Shown here: positions 61,266-64,000 of the stretch, one piece after another | Position numbering within the stretch: position 1 is the stretch's first letter | How the letters are laid out: every line of letters starts with the position of its first letter | Source of the DNA: Callorhinchus milii | Lineage: Eukaryota | Direction of reading: 5' to 3' | Length of the DNA: 64,000 nt | Assembly (NCBI RefSeq): GCF_018977255.1 | Contig: NW_024704743.1 | Location: forward strand, 55,244,001-55,308,000 | Position numbers and translations under genes: made by a program | The notes under the pieces: generated by a model | Databases searched by the model: none | Told to the model about the DNA's origin: nothing | The model's input: only the letters and a program-made list of their open reading frames with translations

Positions 61266-61954
61266 ATATTCTTTTGTGACTCAATTGGATTACACCTGAC
61301 ACCACTTGACATCCCCTATCATCCAGCCATGAACCAAATAGATGTTGTGTGGATTTTCTAAGAAAGATTGGTGATTTCTAAATTTAATCTCCCTCTCATT
61401 TTAGGATCTCTGGCCTTGGCACATTGGCTGAATTAGCTTATTACCCTTTTTGACGCACATGTAGGTTTGCGGCATTTGATCGACTCTTATGATTACTGGA
61501 ATTGGAGGCCTGAACCTCATTTGTTTTGGCAAATGGGGGTTAGGGCAGACCCCGTACTACATCAATCCAACAAATAGTTGTTACAGTAAACATGCAAATG
61601 TTTGACTTCAAATTGGTCTCAGATAATGGATCCCACCTCCAGGGAGTTTTTTTTGCCACAACTATCAGTGCTATATCCTTCTTATGGTGTGGTGAACAAA
61701 ATTGGATACATTACTCCAAATGTGGTCCAAAGAAGGCTTTGTACAAATTCAACATCATCTGTTTACTTTTATACTCCCAAATTATCGCCCCAGCACCTTG
61801 GGACATCCTCCAGATGTGAAAGGCACTTTACAAATGTAATTTTGTATTGTATCTGTTAGAGGATTTTTAAAAAAAACTTGTTAATCCGAAATTTGTGTAG
61901 GTGCATATCATGAATCCGTGAAGTGCTTTAAGACATTTTGATGACATGATAAAG

Positions 61955-62820
61955 CAACAACAACAACAAAGTTATATTTGTATATCGCCTTTCAAGTCGG
62001 GAGGACATCCCAAGGTGCTGGATAATCAATGCTTCAGACCTGATCTAGGGGTCGGGATCGGGGAGAGTGGAGGGGGGGTGGGAGGAAGGAGGGTGACCGA
62101 AGACACGGTTGAAAAGAAGGGTCTTGAGACGGGTCTTGAAAAAGGCAAGGGAGGGGGCAAGGCAGAGGGACTGCGGGAAGCAGTTTCAGAGGATGGGGGC
62201 AGAGTGGCAGAAGGCCCACCCACCAATGGTGGGGCAGGCGAGGCAGGGGACATGAAGCAAGCGTGAACCCACTGAGTGGAGGGAACAGGCAGGTTGGTAG
62301 TGGCTAGGAGGTCGCAGAGATAGGGGAGAGCAAAGCCATGGAGGGCTTCGAAGGTGAGGACCAGGATCTTGAACTGTATCCTCTGTGTGATGGGAAGCCA
62401 GTGGAGTCAGGTGAGGATGGGGTTGATAGGTTTGTGGAGCCTGGAGTGGGAGAGATCATGGGCTGCAGAGTTCTGGATGATCTGCAGCCTATGGAGAGAG
62501 AAGTTGGGGAGGCCGACAAGCAAAGAATGTATGTAGTGGAGCCTGGATGTTATCAATGCATATATGAGGGTCTCGGTGGTCTGCGGTGTGAGGCAATGGC
62601 AGAGCTGGGCGATGTTGCAGAAGTGGGGGAAGGCAGAGCAGGACATGGCATGAATGTGAGTTAGAAAGGATAGTTGAGCGTCAAACAAGATGCCAAGGTT
62701 CTGCACTGGCTTAGTAAGGTGGAGTGTGCATCCTTGGATGGTGATGTTTTCAGTGCCTGAGGTGTGGAGGGGCTGATGGGGCCAATCAGGAGAACCTCGG
62801 TCTGGTTGACATTCAACTAT
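61955..62820 (-). mobile_element. L2 LINE 5'-truncated fragment
   Basis: VQNLGILFDAQLSF..TETLIYALITSRLHYIHSLLVGLP..RLQIIQNSAA; (TTG)n tail. Confidence 0.92.
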
Positions 62821-63224
62821 AGGCATTATATTAAATGTAATAATTATTATTATTATTATGGACAAGTGTCATGATTTGGAAGTATTTGGGCATCCCTAGG
62901 AGCAGATTAGATATATGGAAAATCAGGTAATTTTCCATGTGCTCTCGTGAATGGTTACTACCAATGCTTACTATCCCATGCAGCCTAGTTCAAAAGTTCT
63001 ATCTGAGCCTAACAAAGTTTTTAAACGCATGGATGTTTTATGATTTTTGGTGCCCTTCCCACCCCCACGAACTGGTGCCCCCACAAATCATTAACCCCAT
63101 TTTACTTGACAACCCTGAGCCCTTTCGGAAAGTCAGTCCGCCACTGGACATCCCTACTAAACAACAACAAAATTACATTTATATAGTGCCGTTCACGTAT
63201 TATACTGGAGTTGCAGCGTTATAA

Positions 63225-63335
63225 GGAAATGACAGGAAATGGGACTGAATGGATTGTTTTTTCAAAGAGCCAACATAGACACAATGGGCTGAATGGCGTT
63301 GTTCTGTGCTGTAAATTTCTATGGTTCTATGATTT
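63225..63335 (+). mobile_element. CR1 3' end
   Basis: GGGCTGAATGGCGTTGTTCTGTGCTGTAAATTTCTATGGTTCTATGATT. Confidence 0.8.
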
Positions 63336-63459
63336 CTTCATTTTAACAGATGTCAAAACAGAGACCTGACAACTCATGTGAAAGTCCAACAGTAACTAGC
63401 CTCTCCCACTAGAGGGCAATCAATTGTTTACTACTTTTGCCAAAAGCCTAAGACAAAGA

Positions 63460-63860
63460 ATTTGCTTTTTATAGCAATGTTGTCACTTTGAAAGAGTCTC
63501 AGAGCACGTTAGCTTAATTAATGTTAAGCACAAGTGACTTTTTTTATGGGAAAACACAGCAGCATTTTGCATAGAGCAACATCCCCACAAACAGCCATGT
63601 GGTAAATAGCTAATTGATATGAAGGATAATTGGCCAGGACACTGGGAGAAATCTTTTTTTAAATAGTATCATGAGATCTTGACACTATTTGAAAAAAGGC
63701 AGACAGCTTTTAACATCATATCCAAAGGGCGGCTGTGCTCTCCCAGCATTGCATGTGAGTGTCAGCTCTGATTACGAGCTGAAGCCCTGATGTTGGACTT
63801 AAACCCACCTCTTTCTGACCCAGAGGCGAGAGCACAACCAATTGAGCCAAGCTGATACCT
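63460..63860 (-). mobile_element. Deu-domain tRNA SINE, full length
   Basis: TTGGCCAGGACACTGGGAGAA; reverse-complement head TCTGACCCAGAGGCGAGAGC..AATTGAGCCAAGCTGA. Confidence 0.8.
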
Positions 63861-64000
63861 TCAAAGGCATAACATCACAATATAAAACACAGTCTTGTTA
63901 AGAAGCCAAAGGTCCTGAATACTTTAGCATCATCAGTTTTTTCAGCCTTACTCAGCATTTCCTGCCTTGAATCTCTTGATGAAGATGTGCATTAGAAACT

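Overview
Non-coding vertebrate genomic DNA, most likely from a cartilaginous fish. The repeat set (tRNA-Ala-headed SINEs, Deu-domain SINEs, L2, CR1, shark-type Tx1, a Penelope-type end) suggests a chimaera or shark; this is recalled from family consensus, not a database search. I found no host protein-coding gene, rRNA, genuine tRNA or CRISPR. Every ORF with recognisable protein similarity belongs to a decayed retrotransposon, so the window is probably intergenic or inside a large intron. Main content: a 2.55-kb 5'-truncated CR1 LINE (49523-52077) nested in an L2 tail, many L2/CR1/SINE fragments, two DNA-transposon MITEs with TIRs and TSDs, and several repeat-poor islands that may hold conserved non-coding elements. 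The most notable structure is two Tx1-clade LINE copies stacked head-to-tail at one 13-15 bp target that occurs three times (35414-37244), which suggests a sequence-specific Tx1 family with a target I cannot identify. Also notable are an unclassified ancient repeat with five copies and a SINE/L2 shared 3' stem-loop with a compensatory base change. Boundaries of old repeats are approximate (tens of bp).
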